From assembly GCF_006345805.1 (NCBI RefSeq), contig NW_021833165.1, positions 1 through 33,682 of the forward strand: a stretch of 33,682 nucleotides of DNA, in the 5' to 3' direction. The position numbers were made by a program, and so were the translations under genes. Under the pieces are notes generated by a model, which worked only from the letters and a program-made list of their open reading frames with translations, was not told the origin of the DNA and made no database searches. Positions 9,891-21,894 of this stretch are shown here, in pieces; position 1 is the first letter of the stretch, and the number at the start of each line of letters is the position of its first letter. The stretch comes from Octopus sinensis (lineage: Eukaryota).

Positions 9891-10065
9891 TACGAGGAGC
9901 TGGCTTTCGGTAAAACTAAATGCAGGAGGATCGGTTAATTATGACTTTGCCCAACATATTCCCCTCAGATTCACAAACCTATTTCAGTGGTCCTTTAGTT
10001 TTTTTTCTAAGCCCTGTAAAAGACCTCGCAACATCTTAAAGCCAAGAACTTTTCAACACACCGTA
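9891..10065 (-). mobile_element. Mariner-derived MITE (about 175 bp), one TIR partly deleted
   Basis: TA-flanked ends tacggtgtgttgaaaagttcttggcttt and aaagccag..ctcctcgta. The interior decays to LQGLEKLKDH*NRFVNLRG, resembling a mariner C-terminus. Confidence 0.6.
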
Positions 10066-10167
10066 TGTATGTTTGTATATATTCCAATATGTATGTATGT
10101 GTGCATATATGTGTGTATGTGTGTGTGTGTGCTTGTGTATGTATATATGTGTGTGTATTTAGAAAGT

Positions 10168-10297
<130 letters not shown>

Positions 10298-10829
10298 TTT
10301 CACCAGTGACACGAAAGGGTGTTTCTACAAGCAAACTATTGCTTTTTTGTATCAGCACCAAAACTCATAAGATATTTAGATTTGGTGAAAAGCCTTGCAG
10401 ATATTCGACTAAACGATATTCAGTTGTAGTCAACTACCCAAAGTACATCAAGAGTTGAACTGCACACACACACACACACATACATACACATACACACACA
10501 CACGCATACATACACATACAAGATACTAGGAATTTTGGGGGAGAGTGTGAACGTCATCTCTCAAATGCAGTGAGAGGCGCATATTCACGGCTCCATTCAT
10601 ATACAAAACAAGAGCTCACGTGCCACTACTATTTGAAAACACCCCATTGTTAAAAACTTAAAACCCTTTCGGATCACATTCCTGAATATGATAACTAACC
10701 TTCAAATTCACCAGAGCAATACAATTCCTTCCTGCATATATTTAGATACGACATTCTCTTAACAAACACATTTTTTTTTTCAATTTCCATGCAAAAAAAA
10801 ATATTTTTTTATTATTTATTATGAATTTA

Positions 10830-11042
10830 AGGCGTCGAGTTTGCGGAATCGTTAGCACGCTGGACGAAATGCTTAGCAGTATTTCGCCTGTCGCTATGTT
10901 CCGAGTTCAAACTCCCCCGAGGTCGACTTTGCCTTTCTTCTTTTCGGGGTCAATAAATTAAGTACCAGTTGAGTACTGGGGTCAATGTAATCGACTATTT
11001 CCCTCCCCGAAATTTCAGGCCTTGTGTCTATAATAGAAAGGA
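10830..11042 (+). mobile_element. SINE family B with the gaaatttcaggccttgtgtc-type 3' end
   Basis: ggcgtcgagtttgcggaatcgttagc...gagttcaaactcc...ggtcgactttgcc...ggggtcaatgtaatcgact. Confidence 0.9.
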
Positions 11043-11289
11043 TTGTTTATTATGAATTTGTATATAAAGAAGAGTAAGTACAGAAATCATTTTGGACAAG
11101 TTCTGATATATTATGAAATTACTGACGGAAATGATAGAAAATGGGAAGAATATCATGAACGAAGTATTTCGGGTTCGAAATAAGTGACAGATATCTCAAA
11201 GTACAGTGAATGTATATTTTCGTTCAAATATATATATTTACTAGACATTTCTGAACGAAAATTTACAGGATGGTATTTAAGAGATTAAG

Positions 11290-11449
11290 TGGAGGCGCAA
11301 TGGCCCAGTGGTTAGGGCAGCGGACTCACGGTCGTAGGATCGCAGTTTCGATTCCCAGGCCGGGCGTTGTGATTGTTTATTGAGCGAAAACACCTAAAGC
11401 TCCACGAGGCTCTGGCAGGGATGGTGGTGGCAATCCCTGCTGTACTTTT
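11290..11449 (+). mobile_element. SINE family C, 5' part
   Basis: tggaggcgcaatggcccagtggttagggcagcggactc...ttcgattccc...gagcgaaaacacctaaagctccacgagg, matching the heads at 28153 and 30427. Confidence 0.9.
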
Positions 11450-11453
11450 AAAA

Positions 11454-11580
11454 TTCGGGGTCGATAAATTAAGAACCAGTTACGCACTGGGGTCGATGTA
11501 ATCGACTTAATCCGTTTGTCTGTCCTTGTTTGTCCCCTCTGTGTTTAAACCCTTGTGGGTAATAAAGAAACAGGTATGTT
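11454..11580 (+). mobile_element. SINE family B, 3' part, abutting the family C fragment
   Basis: ttcggggtcgataaattaag...tttgtctgtccttgtttgtcc...gtgggtaataaagaaacaggtat. Confidence 0.9.
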
Positions 11581-11891
11581 AAGAGGTTAAGAAATTTACG
11601 AAGATTACTAAAGGCTTTTACTTTCTCAGACAAGTCTAAGAACCCTTCTTCTCAACAATTACTACAGAAAAACATAGCCCCAAATAATAATGAAAAAGAC
11701 TAACACACGTATCATAAAATAAATAACGAAGCCAAAAACAATACCTGATCAAAAAGTAGATATAAAACTAGAAACGCAAAACGGGAAGCATTTATGTCTT
11801 TCAATAATAACAATCAACATTTCACCTCTGATAACAAAAACATGCTTATTAGCACCGTTCTGAATCAGAGATAGGCTTAATTTGTGATCAA

Positions 11892-12231
11892 TCTTTATAT
11901 ATAAATAGGAAGTTGTGTGCGTGTCTGTCTTCACCGATTTAGATTCCTAACTACTCCCACATTTTGCGGTGCAGTTTAACCAAAAGCGGGTACTCCCACA
12001 TTTTGCGGTGCAGTTTAACCAAAAGCGGGTATCTTATAGTCGTTATTCATATCGAGCCCTTCTGGGTATTAGCGCGCGTCTACGATGAGTCTACGATTTT
12101 TTTAAAAATTACCATAATTTTTCCGCATTTTTAATGCATTTTCGCTCGGTTATATAAGGGAAGTAACTCTCTATAAATGCTTATATAGTTATTTCCCTTA
12201 CAAATCCTAGTAACACCGGCGATACTGCCAG
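11892..12231 (+). mobile_element. Non-autonomous Helitron, copy 1
   Basis: A|TCtttatatataaa 5' end, decayed hairpin and CCAG|T (from CTAG) 3' end. Homologous to 28861-29259. Internal 39-bp tandem duplication at 11952-12029. Confidence 0.8.
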
Positions 12232-12704
12232 TAATTATATAAAAGGGGTTACAATCCCCCAGCAGTAAGGAAAATAATTGTACGATAATAAAACACGTAA
12301 CATTAGTAATGAGAATATATGTAAGTGCATTCAGCCCGACATTAAAAACCGTTATCCCTCCATAATAAGCTCCTAGTTATTAATGCGTTAGAATTGGCTA
12401 AATTCAATAAATCCATTGAAGGAAGTGAAATACATTTTTACGCTACAGAAAAAAGCCTTTGTCTTTCGATAAGATCTTTATTTGAGTCAAAAAATTCGAT
12501 TCAGAGCCGGCTTCGACGTTAGCATGTGTGCATACGATAGTTTGCAGGTTTATGCAGTTTTATATGCCTATACATATTAGACACACCAAGAAATCCATAT
12601 CTATAGATTTCGGATTATACAAGCATGACGAAATAGGTATGTCTAGAGGCATGAACGGCTATACACCAGGTAAACTTGAAAAAAAATCCCGTTGTAGTCA
12701 TTTG

Positions 12705-12932
12705 GGCTTTGGGCTGTGTGGAAGACCGTCGTTTACATATGTGTGTATACGTGCGTATGTGTGTATTTCTTTACGTTTCTTTTTTCTCCCACCGCTTGAC
12801 AACCTAGCGGTTGGGAAAAGATATCGATAGAATAAGTAGCAAACTTTAAAATAGTTAATTACTGGGATCGATTTGTTCGAGTAAAGTTTTGAAAGCAGTG
12901 CCCCAGCATGACTGCAGTCCAATAACTGAAAC
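12705..12932 (+). mobile_element. SINE family A, decayed
   Basis: gaagaccgtcg...cgcttgacaac...gatagaataag...gtgccccagcatgactgcagtccaataactgaaac. Confidence 0.75.
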
Positions 12933-13174
12933 ATGCGCATGATAAAAGGTTAACACCGAGGCCCCTAAATAGACCACGTACCCTGCTAAATAGGTCCTGC
13001 AATGGACATGCGGCTACATTGATCTACGGGACCTTCGTTTTTTTAAAACGGTAAAGTGTTTCATGCGTGAATTTGGCTGCTTTTCGTGGGTTCCGTATCT
13101 GGCTGGTCAAAGTTCATTTATGGTGAGGTGGAGGGAAATTTGGAGAATTATATGTCTTGTGTACGTCGAACCAA

Positions 13175-13460
13175 AGCGTTGTGAGTGGATTTGGTAGACA
13201 GAAACTAAAAGACCGTCATGTGTGTGTGTGTGTGTGTTTATGTGTGCGTGCGTGTGTGCCCTCACGCCATCACTGGACAGCCGCCGCTGGGGTGTTCACG
13301 CCCTCGTAACTTAGCGGTTTGACAAAAGACCCCGATAGAATAAGTATATTAGGCTTACAAAGATTAATTCTTGGGGTCGATTTCTTCGACTAAAACCCCT
13401 TAAGGCAGTGCTCGAGAATGGCCGCAGTTAAATGACTGAAACAAGTAAAAGAGTAAAAAA
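13175..13460 (+). mobile_element. SINE family A, 5'-decayed
   Basis: ttgtgagtggatttggtagacagaaact...gtaacttagcggtt...ggggtcgatt...atggccgcagttaaatgactgaaacaagtaaaagag. Confidence 0.85.
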
Positions 13461-13574
13461 GTAAGAGTTTATTGACACAGAGTAGAGTTGCTTGTGTCAT
13501 GAAGTGAACCCCTGATACTCGGGTTCAACATCTCGTTATATGATGGTAGTCTTTCATAGACCGTGAAATACAGT

Positions 13575-13835
13575 TCTGCAATTTCTTGCTGGACAACCTG
13601 CACAAATGATTGGTTTATAGTGGTCAAATGTCTGTGTTGTGTATGTATTCAACCCGACGTTGCCTGAACAGGTACACGGTGTACCACATACCAGGTGTCG
13701 AAGTAATTGCAGAGCAAACGGCCAGATGAAGCGTTTTGCCCAAGAACACAATGTGACACCCAGTCAAAAAGCCAAAACCACGATCTCGCGATGGCGAGTG
13801 CAAGTTCCTAACCACAAGGCCCTGACATGTCACTA
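13575..13835 (-). mobile_element. Decayed SINE family F (tRNA head, CORE-like cttgggcaa body)
   Basis: Minus strand gtggttagg...gatcgtggttt...tgtgttcttgggcaaaac...ctctgcaattacttcg...tttgaccactataaac; homologous to 22825-23062. Confidence 0.65.
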
Positions 13836-14499
13836 TATATTCTATGTAATAACAACCATACTTCGATGATAGTATTTTGAAACAAGCAGAGATGTTTGCG
13901 CCCGGAAGCGAACTATTGACTCACACACAAACAACACGCAAACGCACTCATGCACACACCTAAAGGCAAACATAGAATCACAACAATTAATCTGGGTGGA
14001 AAAATTAGAAGAGCAAAACACTTTTTAAGAAAAAAATTTAAAAGACGTGATTGATAAATGGTGAAATTAATAAATATCCGCTTGCTAAAAAATTCAATTG
14101 ATAAACCACACGTGCACTCACACACACACACACACACACACGCACACACACACACGTGCACTCACACGCACACGCACACACATACACACGCGCACGCACG
14201 CACACACGCACGCATAGCGTATATGTATATGTGTAGGTGTAAGTAGTTTGTATGAGTGTAGGACGGAGTAGAGGGGTGATTGTTTTCCTTAAATTTGTGT
14301 TAAACAATATATTTAGGTTGTGTATCTCTGGGGAGTAGGAATGAACATAAAACCAGAACAAAGTGCTCCTGTACGCACAAATACATATATTGTATACACA
14401 CGTACTAACACACGCATATATACATACAAGCACATACATATACATATACGCATACACATATGCATATGTGTGAGCTTGCAATTACATACAGACACGCAT

Positions 14500-15850
<1,351 letters not shown>

Positions 15851-15860
15851 GTATCCATAA

Positions 15861-17395
15861 ATCCTTTAAAATCTTTCAGCCCGAAGGCTGCGGCCATGTT
15901 GGGGCCCCACCGCTGAATGAGCTACACTAATATGTGAATCCACCTCTGATATGTGGCACTTGGTCAACAAGGGAGTTCGATGCCGCTGCCCGCATCTGTG
16001 TCTCCTGTCGTGAGGTAGGTTCATCTGGGACCCCCAACAAAAAGAGATCCAGTTTAGTTTTAAAGAAACCCACATCCACAACATGCAAGTCTCTCAGGCA
16101 TTTAGGGAGGATGTTAAAGAGCTGTGGTCCTCTGAAACCCAAGCTGTTGCAGTATCTGGTCCTGTATTTTGATGGTGATGTTGGAACCTTTGGCACCATG
16201 CAGTGGCGCCCCGTTCTGCGGTTGGGGTAACTTTGAATGCCAAATTTGGGACAAGATCCTCCAGGATTTTCAAGATGTATATCACCGCATATCTCTCCCG
16301 CCTTCGTTCTAGGGAAAAGAGTTTTAATACTTTCAGTCTTTCCCAGTAGCTGATATGTTGCATTGAGACGATTTTCTTTGTGTAGCTTCTTTGAATTGCT
16401 TCGAGTTCTGCTGTTAGTTTTATATTGTGTGGTGACCATAGTTGGGAGCAGTAGTCCAAGCGGCTGAGGACGAAAGTTTTCCACGGGACCATCAGTGTCT
16501 CCTTCTCTCTTGTTCTGAAAGTTCGGAGAATCCATCCAGCTAGCCGTCTGCATTTTATCACCAAATAAGTAATATGCACTTGGCAAGATGCATCATTGCT
16601 CATGTCAATGCCCAGGTCACACACTGATTTTGACTCAGGGATTGCAATTCTTCCCGGGCCAGTGTATCCAGTCTGCATGTCGTTTACCTTTGTGTGCCGG
16701 TAGCGCAGGGCCTGGAACTTACCTGCATTAAACTGCATGTTGTTGTCCTCAGCCCACCTGTATATTGTGTCCAACTCCTGTTGCAGATGTGCAATATTTC
16801 TATGGAGACTTTTGTGTCATCTGCATAGCTAGCAAGGGTGGCCATCTTAGCAACTGAGGGCATGTCTGAAAGGGCCACTATGAACATCAGTGGCCCCAAG
16901 ACAGTGCCCTGTGGAGCACCGCTTGTTATTTGTCTTTCTTGGAGGTGGCTCAATTGGTCACAACTGCCTGCCTTCTATCTTTTAGGAAGTTGTGCAGCCA
17001 CTCTTCAAGTTTTCCGCCTATGCCGAGACCACAAAGTTTGTGACAAATCATACCGTGGTCGACTTTATAAAAGGCTTTTGCAAAGTCGAGATATATCACA
17101 TCCACATTTGAGCCATTTAGTACCTGTTTTAACACCCAGTCATAGTGTTGCAGGAGCTGTGTTAGGCAGCTTCTACCTGGTCGAAATCTATGCTGGGTGT
17201 CAGTCAGCAAGTCATTTTCTTCAAGGAACATGATTAGTTTCTTGCGGACTATTCGTTCCATGACTTTGCTGATGTGTGAGGTCAGAGAGATAGGCCTATA
17301 ATTTTTAGCATCTGCTCTGCTTCCTCCCTTATGAATAGGGCATATTACCCCCCTCTTTCAATTTGACTGGGAGCTTACTACTTGTATTCATTGAT
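15861..17395 (-). mobile_element. 5'-truncated CR1-group LINE with intact 3' end
   Basis: RT motifs across frameshifted ORFs, a stop at 15927, and a short 3' UTR with a hairpin and gattttaaaggattt tail. Confidence 0.9.
15927..17370 (-). pseudogene. Reverse transcriptase ORF2 remnant, several frameshifts
   Basis: PIHKGGSRADAKNYRPISLTSHISKVMERIV; LDFAKAFYKVDH; GAPQGTVLGPLMF; SYADDTK; WAEDNNMQFNAGK; SRLDYCSQLWSP; YWERLKVLKLFSLERRRERY; RGPQLFNILP. Confidence 0.92.
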
Positions 17396-17399
17396 GTCC

Positions 17400-17535
17400 G
17401 CAACTTAGCGGTTCGTCAAAAGAAACCGACAGTATAAGTACTAAGCTTACAAAGAATAAGTCCTGGGGTCGATTTGTTCGAATAAAGGCGGTGCTACAGC
17501 ATGGCAGCAGTCAAATGACAAACAAATAAAAGAAA
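17400..17535 (+). mobile_element. SINE family A, 3' part
   Basis: aacttagcggttcg...gaataagtcctggggtcgattt...ggcggtgctacagcatggcagcagtcaaatgac. Confidence 0.85.
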
Positions 17536-17839
17536 AAATGAATACATACATATATATGCGTATGTATGTGTGTATAAATACATGCATATATGTACACATA
17601 TATGCATATATTTGTATGACTGTACGTACATATATATGTATGCCTCTATCTATATAAATGTTTATGCATATATGTGTGTATGCGTTTTGTAAGAATCTTA
17701 CATAAAATCAATTAAATATCAATTGAAAGACCAATCTATAGATTTAAGTAACGTATTTGATATATTTTTTACAATGTAAAAATTGGCAGTGTCTGTGTTG
17801 AAGTCTCTGGCAGAATATTCAATATCACTGTGTGTGTGT

Positions 17840-17875
<36 letters not shown>

Positions 17876-18114
17876 CGCGTATGCATGTGTAAAAAAAAGC
17901 ACAGGAAGGTATACTAAATATCACACAAAACGAATTTTTGATTAATTAAAATTATCTTTTCTATGAGAGTAAAGTAAGCATGCGTCTAGTGACAACTGCA
18001 ACCGAATCTGAATAAGAAGGGGAGATAATTTGGAGAATCCGAAAGTTATCCGGAATTAGCAAACCATTATGGAAATAAGTTTCAGTTTCTGGGATAATAG
18101 TAGAAAAAAAAACA

Positions 18115-18190
18115 CTAGCTCAAGATGCCGTCTGAGACTGAACCCGAAATCATGTGGTTGGGAAGTAAAAGACTTACCACATAGGCACGC
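18115..18190 (-). mobile_element. SINE family A head, decayed
   Basis: caagatgcc...gactgaacccgaaatcatgtggttgg...cttaccaca. Confidence 0.65.
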
Positions 18191-18194
18191 CCTA

Positions 18195-18280
18195 TGCATG
18201 CATGCATGCATGTATGTATGTATGTATGTATGTATGTATATATGTATGTATGTATGAGTGTATGTGTGTATGTATGTATG

Positions 18281-18312
<32 letters not shown>

Positions 18313-18416
18313 GGTGTATGTGTGTATGTATGTATGTATGTATGTATGTATGTATGTATGTATGTATGTATGTATGTATGTATGTATGCATGGGTGTATG
18401 TATGTATGTATGTATG

Positions 18417-18450
<34 letters not shown>

Positions 18451-18520
18451 TATATGTATGTATGTATGTATGGGTGTATGGGTGTATGTGTGTATGTATG
18501 TATGTATGGGTGTATATAAA
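18195..18520. repeat. (ATGT)n microsatellite with interruptions
   Basis: Direct inspection. Confidence 0.95.
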
Positions 18521-18977
18521 TATGTATGTATTATGTATGTATATATCCGTCTGCGTGCGTTTTATAGTTCAGACATACTGCAATCATACCCTGTTACGTT
18601 TTTGTTACTAAAATTCTTGTTTTTATATTCAGATATTGGAAAATTTATATTTTTCATATATCTTTTTGCTCTTACCCTGGAAAATTGGAGAAAGGTAAAT
18701 AAAGTAAAATTTACCATAAAAATATACACGTTCGCCCTCTCATACCGTCTTGCGTTACCTTCATTTGAACCCGCCCATAGTAATTTGAGATAGTTGCTAC
18801 TAGTTTTGCAAGGGCATTTCATTACTCACCGACTGCTTGAGAGTGGATAAAGGAATAAAGCTATCCATTTTGTTTTAGCGTAGTTATTCATTACGCACAC
18901 AAACACACAAATATATACACACATACATAAACACACACACACAGTCGTTCATATATGAATGTGTGTGTGTGTATATA

Positions 18978-19342
18978 TACTCTTTTACTCATTTTTACTC
19001 TTTTACTTGTTTCAGTCATTTGACTGCGGCCATGCTGGAGCACCGCCAGTACTTATTCTATCGGTCTCTTTTGCCGAACCGCTAAGTGACGGGGACGTAA
19101 ACACACCAGCATCGGTTGTCAAGCAATGCTAGGGGGACAAACACAGACACAAACACATACACACACATATATATATACATATATACGACGGGCTTCTTTC
19201 AGTTTCCGTCTACCAAATCCACCCACAAGCATTGGTCGGCCCGAGGCTATAGCAGAAGACACTTGCCGAAGATGCCACGCAGTGGGACTGAACCCGGAAC
19301 CATGTGGTTGATTAGCAAGCTACTTACCACACAGCCACTCCT
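18978..19342 (-). mobile_element. SINE family A with an internal deletion of about 44 bp
   Basis: Colinear with 2634-3282, except that caccgcc joins directly to agtacttattct at 19047/19048. Confidence 0.92.
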
Positions 19343-19350
19343 ATATATAT

Positions 19351-19404
<54 letters not shown>

Positions 19405-19407
<3 letters not shown>

Positions 19408-19716
19408 TTTCTTTTCTTTGACCGACCAGGCTACCAGATGTTGCTACACATCGCTGGTCACAATGCGCTTTGCATTGTTTTAGCCTTCAAATGATGCCAG
19501 CCCGCTGGCTTAGCGAGCAGGCCAACAGACGAAAGAGTGAGAGAAAGTTGCGGCGAAAGAGTACAGCAGGGATCGCCACCAACCCCCCTACCGGAGCCTC
19601 GTGGAGCTTTAGGTGTTTTCGCTCAATAAACACTCACAACGACCGGTCCGGGAATCGAAACCGCGATCTTACAACCGCGAGTCCTCTGCCCTAACCACTG
19701 GGCCATTGCGCCTTCA
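19405..19716 (-). mobile_element. SINE family C head and body with an alternative 3' tail
   Basis: About 19530-19716 matches family C. About 19405-19530 (…gcgcattgtgaccagcgatgtgtagcaacatctgg… on the minus strand) does not match the tail of the copies at 27768 and 30043. Confidence 0.85.
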
Positions 19717-19722
19717 TATATA

Positions 19723-19783
19723 TACTCTCTTTTACTTGTTTTAGTCATTTGACTGCGGCCATGCTGGAGCCACTCCTGTGCCT
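19723..19783 (-). mobile_element. Collapsed SINE A (extreme 5' and 3' ends only)
   Basis: Tail cttttacttgttttagtcatttgactgcggccatgctggag joined to head ccactcctgtgcct. Confidence 0.75.
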
Positions 19784-20166
19784 ATACATATATATATATA
19801 TATAAAGAAGTAAATATATGGCACAACGAAGTACCGATATTTACTGGAAATAGCGAACGTAATAATACGACGCTAATGTATAGCTTCACCGCGTATGTAC
19901 TAGCAAAAATACGTGAGTGCAACAAACTAGAAAAAATTGTCTTACCTCCAGGGAGAACATCTGAAAGAGGAAATACCTAGAAAAGGATAATGTGGGACCG
20001 GCGCCGGTTTCAGATTTTTCAAGATATGTCTGCACCCATAAACTTGATCTATCTTCATCAGCCAAACATATACCACGACAACATTTCAGATGTTACAACA
20101 TTAATGCCAATACACTCGACTGAAACGCCCAAACGCTAACATACATACATACATACATACATATAT

Positions 20167-20213
<47 letters not shown>

Positions 20214-20223
20214 TATATACAGC

Positions 20224-20272
<49 letters not shown>

Positions 20273-20719
20273 TCGTTGTTAATCCTAACAAGTGGTGGGA
20301 TTTTAGAAATGAAGTTGAAAATCCTCAAAGAATATATTAGAATTAACTAGAATTTGATTATATTTTAAAATATAGAAATACATTTAACCGGTTTCACATT
20401 AGATTTTCTAGCGTCTATAGTGTATGAAGTTGTGTCGCGATTTATAACAATTCCGGCCGCTGTTATAAAAACAGTTCAATTTTAATGCAGGAATAAGGCT
20501 CAAAATACTATCCGTTAACGTTCAAATTGTTTAGTCAACATTCACATATTAAGGCTTATGTGGCAGTCGCGAGAGAAAGTCACATAAAAGCTTTTTTCCA
20601 TTGAATATGTCATATAACAGCTAGAAAAAGGAGATATCAATAAGTGATATAATAATTGTTTACAATTTGTTATAGATTATTATTGTGTATTATTCTGTCA
20701 AAGGTTGATATTATCAATT

Positions 20720-21045
20720 AGTGTTAGCCCCCTCTCATCGAACAACCACGCCTTCCATTGAGTCCTGCCAAAAGCAACCATCTCCAACCGATCCAGAGGT
20801 CTCGAAGCGTGGCCAACTGAACTCAAGGATAGTATCCAACCTTCTTGCTCGCGGTCTGCTCCTGGGTCTCTGCCAGTTGGTTTTGCTTGTAAAACTTGTT
20901 CAGCGATTCTTTTCCGAAACATTCTTACCACATGTCTGTAATATCGATGTGGTCTCTCAATTCGGAGAAGTAGCGACTATACATGGAGCATCCCTCTGAT
21001 CTCCGAGCTACGCACTCTTTCAAGTAACGTTATTCAAAAATCCTT
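20720..21045 (-). mobile_element. RTE-clade LINE 3' fragment
   Basis: Minus-strand translation with frameshifts: ERVRSSEIRGMLHV*SLLLRIER..RYYRHVVRMFRKRIAEQVLQAKPTGR(RP)RSRPRARRLDTI, matching the RTE C-terminal GxRPRGRP motif. Confidence 0.75.
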
Positions 21046-21129
21046 CAGAGGAATCCCATCTCACCCTCTTGTATTTGCGGATGAGAAATCGTATGAAGCT
21101 TTCGAATTTTTCTAAACTTGTTTGTACTT

Positions 21130-21422
21130 TCTGCTTTTTCCTATTGTCGTTTCTCTCAATCCGCACTTGTTTCCTTGCCCCTCTCTCCCTCCTATTATTT
21201 TTCCCTTTTGTCTTCTCTTCTCCGTTTTTACCCCTTTTTCTTTGTTTCTAGCCACTAAAACTTTTTTCTATTTTCTCTCCCTGTTTATTTCTGTGTTCCT
21301 TTCTATCGAAGAGCGTAGGCTCGAAACGTAAAAGACTTTCTCACTTCCCGAGCATTAAACTAATACATCTGTTTGTTGTTTACACACCCGTCTTCGTCTT
21401 TTGTTTTTTGGGAAATTCTCAC

Positions 21423-21425
<3 letters not shown>
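21130..21425 (+). mobile_element. Penelope-like terminal remnant
   Basis: A pyrimidine-rich run, then ctatcgaagagcgtaggctcgaaacgtaaaag, resembling the ...CGAAACGT motif of PLE terminal repeats. Confidence 0.5.
21299..21334 (+). ncRNA. Degenerate minimal hammerhead-like motif
   Basis: cttt-CTATCGA-a-gagc-gtag-gctc-GAAA-cg-TA-aaag. Stems I and II and palindromic stem III are present, but the core departs from CTGANGA at two positions. Confidence 0.4.
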
Positions 21426-21453
<28 letters not shown>

Positions 21454-21894
21454 GTTTATATGTGTGTATATATATACACACATATATGTATATACATATA
21501 CACATGTATAATATATATAATATATATATATATAGAGATATATAATATAATATATATATATAATATATATATATATATGTATGTATGTCTACATATGTAT
21601 ATATATATATGTATGTGTGTGTGCGTGTATATATAAGGGATAAATTATGCTGGCGGATAACGTGTCAGCTCTCAAATTGGTATAGATGCCGGCTATCCGC
21701 AACAGTCCAATTACGTTGTATTCGAGTTTAAAAGCGATATTGGTACTTGTAAGCTGTACTTGTTGGGTAGTAACTTGTTCCTGTTCACAACTACAAATAT
21801 TCCGTAGAGTATACAATTGATAACCAAGGGCAGAGTGGAGATTTATTCATATCCAAAACTTTTTTATCAAAAAGTTTTCTAAACCATATATAAA

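Noticed and set aside
21665-21812. Short open frame containing DAGYPQQSNYVV (cadherin-like DxGxP)
   Set aside because: Only about 49 codons between stops, no DxNDN or other cadherin motifs, and a weak acceptor.
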